Below the pieces are notes generated by a model. The model did not search any database. It was not told where the DNA came from and saw only the letters and a program-made list of their open reading frames with translations. Shown here in pieces: positions 19,823-30,216 of a DNA stretch of 64,000 nt (its first letter is position 1; each line of letters begins with the position of its first letter). The DNA comes from Candidatus Magasanikiibacteriota bacterium (lineage in GTDB: Bacteria > Patescibacteriota > Patescibacteriia > Magasanikbacterales > UBA922), in NCBI GenBank assembly GCA_018652595.1, contig JABIBU010000013.1:93043-157042 (forward strand), in the 5' to 3' direction. A program made the translations under genes and the position numbers.

Positions 19823-20950
19823 TTATTTGCATATAACCTTATTATACAATTCTTCTGTTTTTTTTAACATTTTATCTATTGAAAATTCACTTAAAACCTT
19901 TTCTATAGAGACAGCTCCCATTTTTTCTCTCAATCTTTTATCAATAATTAATTTTTCCAAAGATTCCTTTAATTCTTCAGCAGAATTATTTTTTAATAAA
20001 AATCCATTTATACCATCTTCTATAATTTCTCCAACTCCCCCCACATCTGAGGCAACTACGGGCAAACCAAAACTCATTGCCTCTAAAATTGTCATTGGTA
20101 GCCCCTCATACTTGGAGACTAGAACAAATACATCCGATTCATTCACCATATCAAAAACCTGATCCCTAGACAAGCTTCCTAATAAATTTACATTTTTAAC
20201 TTTATTTTGTACTATAAATTTTTCTAATTCAATTTTCTTTGGACCACCACCTATTATAATTATCTCTGACTTTTCTTTCAGTTCATTGGATAATTCCTCG
20301 TAAGCTTTTACTAAAATAATAGGGTCTTTAGGCTCTGCTAATCTGCCAACAAAAACAATCTTAATTTTTTCATTGACTTTAGACTTTTTACTTTTCAGAG
20401 AATACTGATGCCCTGTGGGTATGACTTTTGACTTAATTCCATTATATATAATTTCAAACTTTTCTTTTTTTGCTATCTTATTTTTTATTCCCAATTTTCT
20501 AACAAATTCTGAGACAGTAATTATTTTAACAGAGTACTTAGATACAAATTTTTCAGCAAGAATTGCAATTTGCTTTTGCAAAAAAGGTACCCCAATATTA
20601 AAACCCCAACCGTGGGCAGTGAATATAGTTGGAATTTTATTTCTAGTAGTCAAACGCCCAATAAAACCAGCTCCAGAACTATGGCAGTGTACGATGTCCG
20701 GATTAAATTCTTTTACAATGTTTTTTACCAATTTTATAGCTTTGAAAACCTTGAAAGGATTTATACTATTAGAAAAATATTTGTTTGAGACAAATTTGAT
20801 ATTCAAATCTTTAGACTGATCCTCCAGCCAGCCCCCAGGAAACGACATTAAAACCACTTCATTTTTCTTACCAAAATACTTACACAATTCATAAACATGT
20901 GATTGTGCCCCACCAGCCTCTGATTTTGTTATTAAGTACAAAATTTTCAT
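19823..20950 (-). CDS. GT4 glycosyltransferase
   Basis: GGAQ, VHCHSS, EGLPMTILEAM. Confidence 0.92.
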   Translation of the reverse strand: MKILYLITKSEAGGAQSHVYELCKYFGKKNEVVLMSFPGGWLEDQSKDLNIKFVSNKYFSNSINPFKVFKAIKLVKNIVKEFNPDIVHCHSSGAGFIGRLTTRNKIPTIFTAHGWGFNIGVPFLQKQIAILAEKFVSKYSVKIITVSEFVRKLGIKNKIAKKEKFEIIYNGIKSKVIPTGHQYSLKSKKSKVNEKIKIVFVGRLAEPKDPIILVKAYEELSNELKEKSEIIIIGGGPKKIELEKFIVQNKVKNVNLLGSLSRDQVFDMVNESDVFVLVSKYEGLPMTILEAMSFGLPVVASDVGGVGEIIEDGINGFLLKNNSAEELKESLEKLIIDKRLREKMGAVSIEKVLSEFSIDKMLKKTEELYNKVICK

Positions 20951-21747
20951 CTCTTAGAAATTTTTAAATAATTAATTAATCTCGACAATTTTAAAAAAAC
21001 TAAAAATCCTTTTACTCTCCATTTTAAAACACCCAAAATATAATTGGGGTATTCCTTTTTATATTTTTTAATTAAAATAATATTAGCCCTTATTTGTTTC
21101 AAATTATTTTTTTGAGTTACACCTTCTTGATTAAGCAAATAGCCAGTACTATATTCTGGAATATTGGCTAATTTGTGTTTTTTACCCATTTTCAACCACA
21201 GAGCATAATCCTCCACATATTCTTGGCTTTCATTATAATTACCACATTCATTGGCGACACTCTTTCTAAATAAAACACTGGAATGAACAAAACAATTTTT
21301 TAATAATATTTTTTGTTTAATTTTTTCAAAATCCGTGTCATGAGTAATTTTAAAAAGTTCAACTACTTTTTCATTATACACTTTTGCCCAAGTCCCAACC
21401 AAGGCATAGTCTGTATTATTGTCTAGAAAATCAACTTGTTTTTTTAATTTTTCTTTATCTATCCACCAGTCATCACTATCAATTCTAGCAATATACTCGC
21501 CCTGTGCCAAATTAATGCCCTTATTCAAATTGAAGAGGAGTCCTTTATTTTCTTCATTTTTTATATAAATAATTCTGCCATCATCAAAGCCTTTTACAAT
21601 CTCTTCTGTGTTATCCTGTGAACTATCATCAATTATAATAAACTCAAAGTTATCATAACTTTGCGACAACACGCTCTTAATTGCCTTTCCTATGTATCCA
21701 GAATCATTATAGGTGGACATTACTATAGACACTTTTTTTTTCATCAT
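20947..21747 (-). CDS. GT2 glycosyltransferase
   Basis: SIVMSTYN, IIDDSS, RIDSDD, VEDY. Confidence 0.92.
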   Translation of the reverse strand: MMKKKVSIVMSTYNDSGYIGKAIKSVLSQSYDNFEFIIIDDSSQDNTEEIVKGFDDGRIIYIKNEENKGLLFNLNKGINLAQGEYIARIDSDDWWIDKEKLKKQVDFLDNNTDYALVGTWAKVYNEKVVELFKITHDTDFEKIKQKILLKNCFVHSSVLFRKSVANECGNYNESQEYVEDYALWLKMGKKHKLANIPEYSTGYLLNQEGVTQKNNLKQIRANIILIKKYKKEYPNYILGVLKWRVKGFLVFLKLSRLINYLKISKR

Positions 21748-22595
21748 ATTCTAATCCAATCAGAAGGTATTAAATCTTTTGTATCAATTTTTGAAGCTAC
21801 CAACCAACGACTTGGTGCTATCACAATTTTTTCATTATTTTTGTTTAGCCATGCTGACCACCAACTAAATGTACTATTAGCAATTATCTGATGTTTACAC
21901 AAACTCATAAGCAACAATTCCTCAACAGCACCCAGTGTTGGACGAGAAACAAAAACCATAGGGACATCAAACTTAAAATTTTCCTTAGCCCATTGAATGT
22001 CATCAGAGAAAATAAATAATTTTATGTTGGAGTGTTTTTTATTTATTTCTGCTATAGCCTTTCTATAATAATCTACAGAACAGAGACCGTTCCAATCTTT
22101 GCAGGAAGTAACATAGTCTCCCCTACGCACATGAATTGCCACAGACTGCTCAGATTCTTCAATCTCTTTTTTTAGACCCTCAGCCTCAACACCGTAACCA
22201 TTTTTTAAAACAAAATCATTGAGCAATTTTTCTCTAATAGGGTTAAGGTACTTATAGCTCTGAAAATATCCATCCAATAAAATATCTTTCCGCCTCTTTA
22301 GCAGGTGAGGATGGAATGTGAAAAAATAATTCCTATTAAAACGCCCGTTAATTCTCTCCAATATTTTTCTAATTGGGTTTGGTTTTACACTAGACACTTC
22401 TGACACATTTGCCTTATCAAATACAATATTGAATGCACCTATTTCAATCTCTCTTGGTGTCTCCCCTTTTCTCACCTCATCAAACCAAGAGAAGTCAAAT
22501 TTTAATTTATCCTGCCAATCCAAAGACAAGCGCCTACCAAGAGCATATTGAAACATTTGATTTCCCAAACCAGCCTTAACCTTTACTACAATCAT
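21744..22595 (-). CDS. GT11 alpha-1,2-fucosyltransferase
   Basis: GLGNQMFQYA, GYFQS, HVRRGDY, IIANSTFSWW. Confidence 0.93.
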   Translation of the reverse strand: MIVVKVKAGLGNQMFQYALGRRLSLDWQDKLKFDFSWFDEVRKGETPREIEIGAFNIVFDKANVSEVSSVKPNPIRKILERINGRFNRNYFFTFHPHLLKRRKDILLDGYFQSYKYLNPIREKLLNDFVLKNGYGVEAEGLKKEIEESEQSVAIHVRRGDYVTSCKDWNGLCSVDYYRKAIAEINKKHSNIKLFIFSDDIQWAKENFKFDVPMVFVSRPTLGAVEELLLMSLCKHQIIANSTFSWWSAWLNKNNEKIVIAPSRWLVASKIDTKDLIPSDWIRI

Positions 22596-22604
22596 AAGAG
22601 ATAG

Positions 22605-24752
22605 CTAAGATTTATTCTTTGCCTGTTCATCTACCCACTGATAAGTCTTTCTTATGCCTTCTACGAGCGGTTGCGATGGTTTCCATCCCATTTTTTCTTC
22701 AAATAAAGTATTATCAGAATTTCTTCCTCTTACTCCTTGTGGCCCATCAATATGTTTGATACTTAATTTTTTTCCAGCAATTTCTGCGGTCATATCTGCC
22801 AACTGATTAATTGTTACCATTTCTTCAGATCCAATATTTACTGGCTCTTTAAAGTCTGAATCCATCAAACGTCTAACAGCCTCTAAACATTCATCTATAT
22901 ACAGAAATGATCTTGTTTGTTTTCCATCTCCCCACATCTCTATTTCACCACCATCAGGCACCTCTGATACTTTTCTACAAAAAGCAGCAGGCGCTTTCTC
23001 CCTGCCACCTTTCCAAGTTCCTTCTGGTCCAAATATATTGTGAAATCTTGCAATTCTCACATTTAAACCATAATTTTTTGCACAAGCCAAATAAAATCTT
23101 TCGCTGAACAGTTTTTCCCAGCCATATTCGCTATCAGGTTGCGCTGGATAAGCAGTATCCTCACCACATTTTGGGTTGTCTGGGTCCTCTTGGTTAAATT
23201 CTGGATACATACAAGCAGAAGAAGAATAAAATATCTTACCAACTTTCATATCACTTGCTCTTTTGGCAATATTTAAATTAATCAATGCCGAATTATGCAT
23301 AATATCTGCATCATTGTCCCCAACAAAAACAAAACCAGCACCCCCCATATCAGCTGCCAATTGATAGACTTCGTCGAAAGGCTTATCTAAAACCTGCTCA
23401 CACACCTTAGGATCTCTCAAGTCACCCACAACAAAATCATCTGCTTGTGTCTTTGCAAATTCATGCTGTTTTAAATCAACCCCCCTGACCCAATACCCCT
23501 CTTTTTTCAATCTTTTAACCAAATGCCCACCTATAAACCCACCTGCCCCACAAACCAACGCTGTTTTAGTTTTGTCCATATGAAGTAAATTAATTTTAAA
23601 TTTAGATAATTTTCTTATTATTTTTTTATAATTTAGTTTTATTTTGGCCGATAACTCATATGGCCAGTTCCTATTCATACATGGTTTTTCAACCAAAATA
23701 AAATATATTGCACTTATAACCAAAATAGGTACTATTAGAATTATAGTTTGGAGTAAAATATTTAATTCATAGTTAGATGATATATTCCAAAAAACAGTTG
23801 TGTTACCGAAGCCTGAAATAACAACTGTATGAAATAGATAGATAGTGTAGCACATTCCACCTATCGTCGTAAATAGCTTATTACTAAATATACGACGCCA
23901 AATTGATGAGGTCAATACTATATAAATAAAAACAAATAATAGTGTAACAAATACTAATTTGTTAAAAAGTGGTACTATGTCAATAATATACAAAACAGAA
24001 AATGACAACATACCGACAAATAAGGCTAACTTGTCATTTAGTTGATATTTTTCTTCTGTAATATAAAGATCTGCAATCAAAAAACCTACTAAAAAATAAA
24101 AGAGGTAGTTATAAAGTGAAATATGTTGGGATACTAGAAATACATTAACAATTGGAATACCTAGTATAGCCACAATCAACAACAGTCTACGCTTAAACTT
24201 GTCGATATAAAACACGCTTGCCAAAATCGGAGCTACCAAATAAAACTGAACTTCTACCTCCAATGTCCAAGTTATATTTCCAATCATTGGTTGAATTTCA
24301 AGCCAAGCAAAATTTTGTAAATAAGCCAAATTAAAAAACAAACCATTCACCAAATCACCCAATGGATAAACCCCCTTAATTACATGTAAAGTAAAAAAAA
24401 TTAATAATGCTATAAAATATGGTGGCTCCAATCTGGATAGTCGGCGGTAATAATAACTTTTCAAATTGGGTTTTTTTCCATCTGCCAAAAAATACTTTAC
24501 GAAGGGTAATGCTAAAATAAAACCACTAATAATGAAAAAAATTTCAACTCCTTTAAAACCATTATTAAACAGATCATACAAAACATTTTCGTAATTGTAT
24601 ACAGAATGTGTTTTTGCAACAAAAAACAATTGGATATGATAAAGTATAACCACCATAACTGCCAAAAAACGAAGACCATCTATTTCTGGAATAAAATTCC
24701 CAGATGACGTTTTTCTCTTTAATTTATTGTATAAATAAAGTTTTAGATTCAT
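22605..24752 (-). CDS. acyltransferase_3 (OafA-like) fused to GDP-mannose 3,5-epimerase-like SDR
   Basis: DGLR, GVEIFFIISGF, WTLEVEVQFY; then VCGAGGFIGGH, QLAADMGGAGF, YGWEKL, GGREKAPAAFCRK. Confidence 0.85.
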   Translation of the reverse strand: MNLKLYLYNKLKRKTSSGNFIPEIDGLRFLAVMVVILYHIQLFFVAKTHSVYNYENVLYDLFNNGFKGVEIFFIISGFILALPFVKYFLADGKKPNLKSYYYRRLSRLEPPYFIALLIFFTLHVIKGVYPLGDLVNGLFFNLAYLQNFAWLEIQPMIGNITWTLEVEVQFYLVAPILASVFYIDKFKRRLLLIVAILGIPIVNVFLVSQHISLYNYLFYFLVGFLIADLYITEEKYQLNDKLALFVGMLSFSVLYIIDIVPLFNKLVFVTLLFVFIYIVLTSSIWRRIFSNKLFTTIGGMCYTIYLFHTVVISGFGNTTVFWNISSNYELNILLQTIILIVPILVISAIYFILVEKPCMNRNWPYELSAKIKLNYKKIIRKLSKFKINLLHMDKTKTALVCGAGGFIGGHLVKRLKKEGYWVRGVDLKQHEFAKTQADDFVVGDLRDPKVCEQVLDKPFDEVYQLAADMGGAGFVFVGDNDADIMHNSALINLNIAKRASDMKVGKIFYSSSACMYPEFNQEDPDNPKCGEDTAYPAQPDSEYGWEKLFSERFYLACAKNYGLNVRIARFHNIFGPEGTWKGGREKAPAAFCRKVSEVPDGGEIEMWGDGKQTRSFLYIDECLEAVRRLMDSDFKEPVNIGSEEMVTINQLADMTAEIAGKKLSIKHIDGPQGVRGRNSDNTLFEEKMGWKPSQPLVEGIRKTYQWVDEQAKNKS

Positions 24753-24762
24753 TACATCTTGA

Positions 24763-25689
24763 TTATCTGACTAATTCTAAAAAATTTTCTGCAATAACCC
24801 TGTTTGAAAAATTTATTTTTGCGTACTTTCTAGGAGAAAATGTATTAGATTCACTTAAAAAGACATTCCATTTATTTACAAAATCATCAAAATCTTTAAA
24901 AAACAGGCCAGATTGCTCATTTAAATAAGGTGCGCCTATCTTATTATCTTCCCAATAATTACCGCCGTAGGACCAGTATCCCCTATTCCATACTATTGTC
25001 GGCACATCTTTCATCCAAGCCTCGCACAAGGCTATACCCTGACTTTCTGACTCTGACAAGCATATCATAACCTTAGCACTGTCCAAAAGTTTTAAGTATT
25101 TTTTATGGGTATAAAAACCGTACTTTATAACTTCGCAAGGAGTATTATTTTTATCAAAAAAATCAACAATCTTTTTAGATAGATCCTGATCATCGTTTTT
25201 CTTATACAATAATATTTTATTCTTCTTCTGATTGATCAATGGATATACATCCACACCAACAGCCCAAACTATAATCTTGTCCTTTATGCCTGGCTTTATG
25301 CTAACCCAGAAATCCTTGACCCACTTAGATGGGGCTATAACAATATCAATGCTTGTATCACAAATAACACTATTCTTTTCATCAGGAGAAACCACCATCA
25401 CCGGACCTACAATTAATTTCTTGATCTTCTTATTCTTTTTTGCATCTATTGCCCATTTGAGTGCTTCATAACTAGCATTTACATATACAATATCATCTTC
25501 GTGTATATCACCAACATTTATATTATATTTATACTTATAACCAATCTCACGGAACCCCTTCATAAGGCTATCCGTTACGAGGTCTTGGCCTCTTTTTTGC
25601 CCCAACAAAAATTTGACAAATAATTTGAAACTTTTCATTGAGTCATTCCAATTGTAGACTGGTGATTTTGTCAAAATTACTAAGGACAT
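24763..25689 (-). CDS. putative glycosyltransferase (GT-B-like)
   Basis: SESQGIALCEAW resembles the Ex7E motif; cluster context. Confidence 0.65.
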   Translation of the reverse strand: MSLVILTKSPVYNWNDSMKSFKLFVKFLLGQKRGQDLVTDSLMKGFREIGYKYKYNINVGDIHEDDIVYVNASYEALKWAIDAKKNKKIKKLIVGPVMVVSPDEKNSVICDTSIDIVIAPSKWVKDFWVSIKPGIKDKIIVWAVGVDVYPLINQKKNKILLYKKNDDQDLSKKIVDFFDKNNTPCEVIKYGFYTHKKYLKLLDSAKVMICLSESESQGIALCEAWMKDVPTIVWNRGYWSYGGNYWEDNKIGAPYLNEQSGLFFKDFDDFVNKWNVFLSESNTFSPRKYAKINFSNRVIAENFLELVR

Positions 25690-25706
25690 AAAATAATTTA
25701 TTTACT

Positions 25707-26759
25707 TTAAATATTTTTTCTAAAATATTTAATTTTTAAATTTTCTAATAACTTTATTTTTTTGAATGGTTTATAAAAGAAAGCAAATATTTTTCTTATA
25801 CCAAGGGTCACGATTGCATACTTTGCCACAACCCTTTCATTCTTCTCTAGATTTAGCAATTTTACAGGATTAATAGTACTCCTCTTGGCAAAAGACAGCT
25901 TCTGATCAAATATTTGTCTCAAAAAAACTTCAAAACCCTGATTAACCCTATCAAAGCTGTAATTTTCAGCCATAATTGGCTCATTGACAATTTGTAAGTA
26001 CAAATCATCATTTTCATCTATATCCTTTATTCTTTCGACAACTTCATCAAAACTGCCGTAATCATGGCAATTGATGATTCTACTTTTATTAAACTCACGG
26101 CCTATTTCAGGATTACCCCAATAAATAGGTATGGTATTCGCCACCAAAGATGTGACAATTTTTTCTGTTGTATAGCCCAAGCGAGAAGAATTTTCAAATG
26201 CAATTGAAAACTTATGTTTCAATTCAAATTCTAATTTGTTACCTACCCTACCTCCAATATTATTTAGATAACCTCCACCAGCATTAACTTTTTTGTAACT
26301 ACTAAGTTTATCAAAAAATATTTTACGCGTAGTGTCTGCTAAATAATTTGAGTACACAAAACTACAAAAATCTGACTTGCCAACCAAGTCATCTTTTGTA
26401 TACACTATTGGTTTATTAAAATCAAAACCACCGGCCATCTCCTTTTCACCCTCATTATAAAAAGTAGCCATCATGTAGACAGGAAACCTATAGTATCTAT
26501 CCTCAAAATTCATATAATCACAGCCTATCGCATAATCACACAAATTAAAATTTGGGGAAATATTTTCTCCAGTATAAAATATTTTTACACAATCATACTC
26601 TAGATGTTCGTAAGTCGACTCATGATAAAATAAATAGTCTGGGTCTTCTGAAAACTCAACATCGTAATACTTTTCTAATATCTTTAGAACTAGAAAACCA
26701 AAATGTGTAGCCTCACTTTTATCATCAAAATCACAGATTTTAATTTTAATTTTTTTCAT
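25707..26759 (-). CDS. GT10 alpha-1,3/4-fucosyltransferase
   Basis: FYTGEN, PNFNLCDYAIG, KFSIAFENS..GYTTEKI, IPIYWG. Confidence 0.92.
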   Translation of the reverse strand: MKKIKIKICDFDDKSEATHFGFLVLKILEKYYDVEFSEDPDYLFYHESTYEHLEYDCVKIFYTGENISPNFNLCDYAIGCDYMNFEDRYYRFPVYMMATFYNEGEKEMAGGFDFNKPIVYTKDDLVGKSDFCSFVYSNYLADTTRKIFFDKLSSYKKVNAGGGYLNNIGGRVGNKLEFELKHKFSIAFENSSRLGYTTEKIVTSLVANTIPIYWGNPEIGREFNKSRIINCHDYGSFDEVVERIKDIDENDDLYLQIVNEPIMAENYSFDRVNQGFEVFLRQIFDQKLSFAKRSTINPVKLLNLEKNERVVAKYAIVTLGIRKIFAFFYKPFKKIKLLENLKIKYFRKNI

Positions 26760-26775
26760 AGTATTTTATATAAAT

Positions 26776-29490
26776 TTATTTTACCTTATAAAGATGCAGC
26801 CCACTTCCGCTATTACTTAGCTCTGTATATTTTTCTTCTATTATTTTTTTAATCCTGATATCAAAAATATTATAATATTCCAAAGGACTTTCTACAAAAA
26901 TCTTAGTATCATTTTCATTTTCCAACAAATCAATTATCAAATTCATCTCACCAGAGAAAGGGATATCGGCAATAGAGGTTGTATCCACTATAGAGCGTGT
27001 ATTACTTTCGGCGTAATAAACGCCCTGATTAGGAGAACTCAGTATAAATATACTTTCTTTCTCATATGTATTTTCTTTTATAAAGTTAATATTTTCAAAA
27101 TAAGCAGACTCCTTTACACCAAACGATGAAACACCCGAACTAACAAAATTAAAATATTTATTTATATTAAAAAATAAACTAAATGGCGCCGAAAGAAGAA
27201 CGTAAAAAATACAAATAAACAGAATTGCTTCCCCATAGTTACCCCGCCCATGCTCCTTGATTCTATGCCACAGTACATCTGCAAAAATTACAAGTAGTAT
27301 CAATGCTGGGTATGATGTTCTAAACAAAGTAGTGTCGCTGGACTGCCCTTCGTAATAACTAAAAAGCCCAACACCTAGAATAGACAAAAATAATATTATC
27401 CTTTCAATATAGTTCGCATTCTTTAGAACAAATGATCTTACAGAGATTAAAATTCCAATCAAATATATTAAAATAACTACACTCCACATATGTGGTGGTG
27501 GTATCATTTTAATCATTAAATAACCTGACAAGAATATCTTTTGATACTGTAATAAAAAAGAAACACTAGGTAATTGCCCACTATTCAAATAGGTGACAAA
27601 AATGAAATAACCAGTGACCAAAAATAAAGCGACAGATCCCACCACAAAGTGTTTTAGCATCTTCACAATCTTAACTTTCCATATACTATCTTTTACTAAC
27701 TCATTATAAAACAAGACTGCCAGCCATGATAAAAACACCACAACACCAACATCAAAATTCCACAAAATACCGATAGAAAAAAATAAGAAAGAAATATAGT
27801 ACAAAAATCTACTATTATTTTTAAAGTAACTTACCACCAAAAATATACTTAGACAAGGAAATACATATCTAATAGGCCAATATTGAAAGTAATATTCTGG
27901 TACAGCCCTAGTAGCCAATAAGGAATAAAAAATTGTACTAAAAAATCCCAAAAATAATAGTAGTTTATTTTTTATTATTTTATACATTGAGCCAAATAAA
28001 AAGAATACTGATATAACCATTAAAAAAGCCATGACCACAGAAAATTTTAAAACACTCAAACCAACAACCTTGAATATGGGTGCTAAAAAGAATGCGTATA
28101 GACCATAAAAACTAGCTAGATTAACCAAGAGACTCTTACCTGCCATAACTTGACTAACTGGATATAAAACAGGATCAAATGTATAAGCATCAAAATAGTT
28201 TGTCAGATTAAAGACATTCATGAAAAAAACTAAAGTAAAAATAAAAAAAACTAAGATAAATAGGGTATTTTTTATTCCTTTTGAGAGATTATCATTTGCA
28301 AAAAACACCAAAAGAAACAAAGGAAATAATATTAAATTAAAAAGGTACTTACCAACTCCACTAAAATAGAAACTATCCTGTATGTAATAAAAACCAGTCA
28401 TAGCCAAACCAAGATAGACCACTGAAAAAATAAAGAAAATACTGACCCCAACCACTCTTGGGTAATATTTTTCTACAAACTCTTCTGTTCTAGATACTTT
28501 TTTATTAAATAAAGCATAAAAGAACCACAAAACAAAAGGAGAGGTTATGCTACTTAAAATAAATTGCAATCTTTCGACCGGTTTTGGTCTAAAATTTTTA
28601 TAAAAATAATCCAAATAATCACCGGAAAGCCCATTCAAAATTTCAGATATATCTGGTTTATAAAAATAATACACAAAATAATTTAAAATAAATAATAAAC
28701 CAACTGTGGAAACAATAGTGATAGAAAAAACAATAAACTGTCTTTTATATGAACTAGGTCTATTAGTAGGGCAATCTATTTGCCCATTACCCAAATATAA
28801 AAACATGACCCTCAAAATCAACCCGAATATAAAAAATATTGAAATCAAAATTAATGCAGATACAAATGGTTTAATAAGTATCTTATCATCGCCACTCCAA
28901 TTTATTAGGCTTCCAAAAAAACTCTTATAAATTGGTATTTTTGATCTGCCCAAACTAACCTCCTCAGGAGCTTCCAATACCAGAAAGCTATCATAATCTT
29001 CGACCTGCAACTCTGATTTAATTAAAGATTTATCAAAAACATGCCAATCTTTTTTTATTTGTTCTCCGCTAAAATGAAAAGGTTTATCACCAATCCATAT
29101 ATCCAAATTGGCCAAAACAGAAAGATCGTCTTCATTGAGACCAAGCAAAATCTTTTTCATAAAAACACCATCTACTGTCCATCTCTTATCTAGATTTTGA
29201 TTGGGTCTTATATATGTATAATTACCAGACCTAGCCAGTTGCATATATCTTTTTAAAGAATCTATCTCTTTACCTTGTACATCAGTCGCCTCAATCCTTA
29301 CTGGCTCAATTATTTGCCGACTACCAACCACAGAGATCATCTGACCAGCAAAAAATACCAAAAAAAATAAAATAAGTAATAAAACTCCCACTTTATACTC
29401 TTTTTTAAAAACCTTAAAAATAGAATCTGCAAATGATCTATTATAAATTATTTTCTTGAATTTTTCCAAATCAAATAGGTCTTTTTTCAT
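26776..29490 (-). CDS. large multi-pass membrane protein, possibly GT-C fold
   Basis: Many TM helices; follows a polyprenol-P-sugar synthase-like GT2; ATG at 29490. Confidence 0.6.
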   Translation of the reverse strand: MKKDLFDLEKFKKIIYNRSFADSIFKVFKKEYKVGVLLLILFFLVFFAGQMISVVGSRQIIEPVRIEATDVQGKEIDSLKRYMQLARSGNYTYIRPNQNLDKRWTVDGVFMKKILLGLNEDDLSVLANLDIWIGDKPFHFSGEQIKKDWHVFDKSLIKSELQVEDYDSFLVLEAPEEVSLGRSKIPIYKSFFGSLINWSGDDKILIKPFVSALILISIFFIFGLILRVMFLYLGNGQIDCPTNRPSSYKRQFIVFSITIVSTVGLLFILNYFVYYFYKPDISEILNGLSGDYLDYFYKNFRPKPVERLQFILSSITSPFVLWFFYALFNKKVSRTEEFVEKYYPRVVGVSIFFIFSVVYLGLAMTGFYYIQDSFYFSGVGKYLFNLILFPLFLLVFFANDNLSKGIKNTLFILVFFIFTLVFFMNVFNLTNYFDAYTFDPVLYPVSQVMAGKSLLVNLASFYGLYAFFLAPIFKVVGLSVLKFSVVMAFLMVISVFFLFGSMYKIIKNKLLLFLGFFSTIFYSLLATRAVPEYYFQYWPIRYVFPCLSIFLVVSYFKNNSRFLYYISFLFFSIGILWNFDVGVVVFLSWLAVLFYNELVKDSIWKVKIVKMLKHFVVGSVALFLVTGYFIFVTYLNSGQLPSVSFLLQYQKIFLSGYLMIKMIPPPHMWSVVILIYLIGILISVRSFVLKNANYIERIILFLSILGVGLFSYYEGQSSDTTLFRTSYPALILLVIFADVLWHRIKEHGRGNYGEAILFICIFYVLLSAPFSLFFNINKYFNFVSSGVSSFGVKESAYFENINFIKENTYEKESIFILSSPNQGVYYAESNTRSIVDTTSIADIPFSGEMNLIIDLLENENDTKIFVESPLEYYNIFDIRIKKIIEEKYTELSNSGSGLHLYKVK

Positions 29491-29506
29491 AGTATATAAC
29501 ACATCT

Positions 29507-30208
29507 CTATTTACCAAATCTTAATTTTAAAATTGTAATAACATAAGTTATAGCAAATAAAAATAAATTTCTCTTTGTCTTACCAAATTCTCTTTTTTTA
29601 AATGTGTATGGCAATTCAAGAAATTTTATACTTTTATTTTTTTTCTTCAACTTAAACATTATCTCCTCTACAATATCAAAGTTATTGCAATTTAGAGACA
29701 AGTCTTTTAGTTGGTCTGATCTATACAATTTAAAACTGTTAGAAACATCTTTGCATTTCAAATTTAATATTGATGAATATAAAATATTAATAGCAAGGCT
29801 CATCAAAATCAAAATTTTGCTATTTTCAGTATTACCACCCTTTACATAACGGGAAGCAATAACAACATCAGCGTCGTTTCTATGAGAATAGAGTTTCTTT
29901 ATAAATTCAGGTGAATGCGAACCATCTGCATCCATAAAGACAAAAAATTCTCCTGTTGCATTTTTTATACCAGTCCTTATCGCGTCTCCATAATTATTTC
30001 CATTATCTCTATTTAGATAGACTACAGAATTATCTAAGCAGATATCTTTTGTGTCATCCATTGCGCGCAATGTATCCACAACTATAATCTCATAATTTAT
30101 ATTTAGTTGATTCAACCCATCTTTTATTTTGGGTAATATAACAGATAAATTTTCTGCTTCTTGATAAGCTGGTAGGACTACACTAAGTTTTATTATTTTA
30201 TTTTCCAT
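29507..30208 (-). CDS. GT2 dolichol-phosphate-mannose-synthase-like
   Basis: VLPAYQEAENL, MDADGSH, ASRYVKGG. Confidence 0.88.
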   Translation of the reverse strand: MENKIIKLSVVLPAYQEAENLSVILPKIKDGLNQLNINYEIIVVDTLRAMDDTKDICLDNSVVYLNRDNGNNYGDAIRTGIKNATGEFFVFMDADGSHSPEFIKKLYSHRNDADVVIASRYVKGGNTENSKILILMSLAINILYSSILNLKCKDVSNSFKLYRSDQLKDLSLNCNNFDIVEEIMFKLKKKNKSIKFLELPYTFKKREFGKTKRNLFLFAITYVITILKLRFGK

Positions 30209-30216
30209 AAACTATT

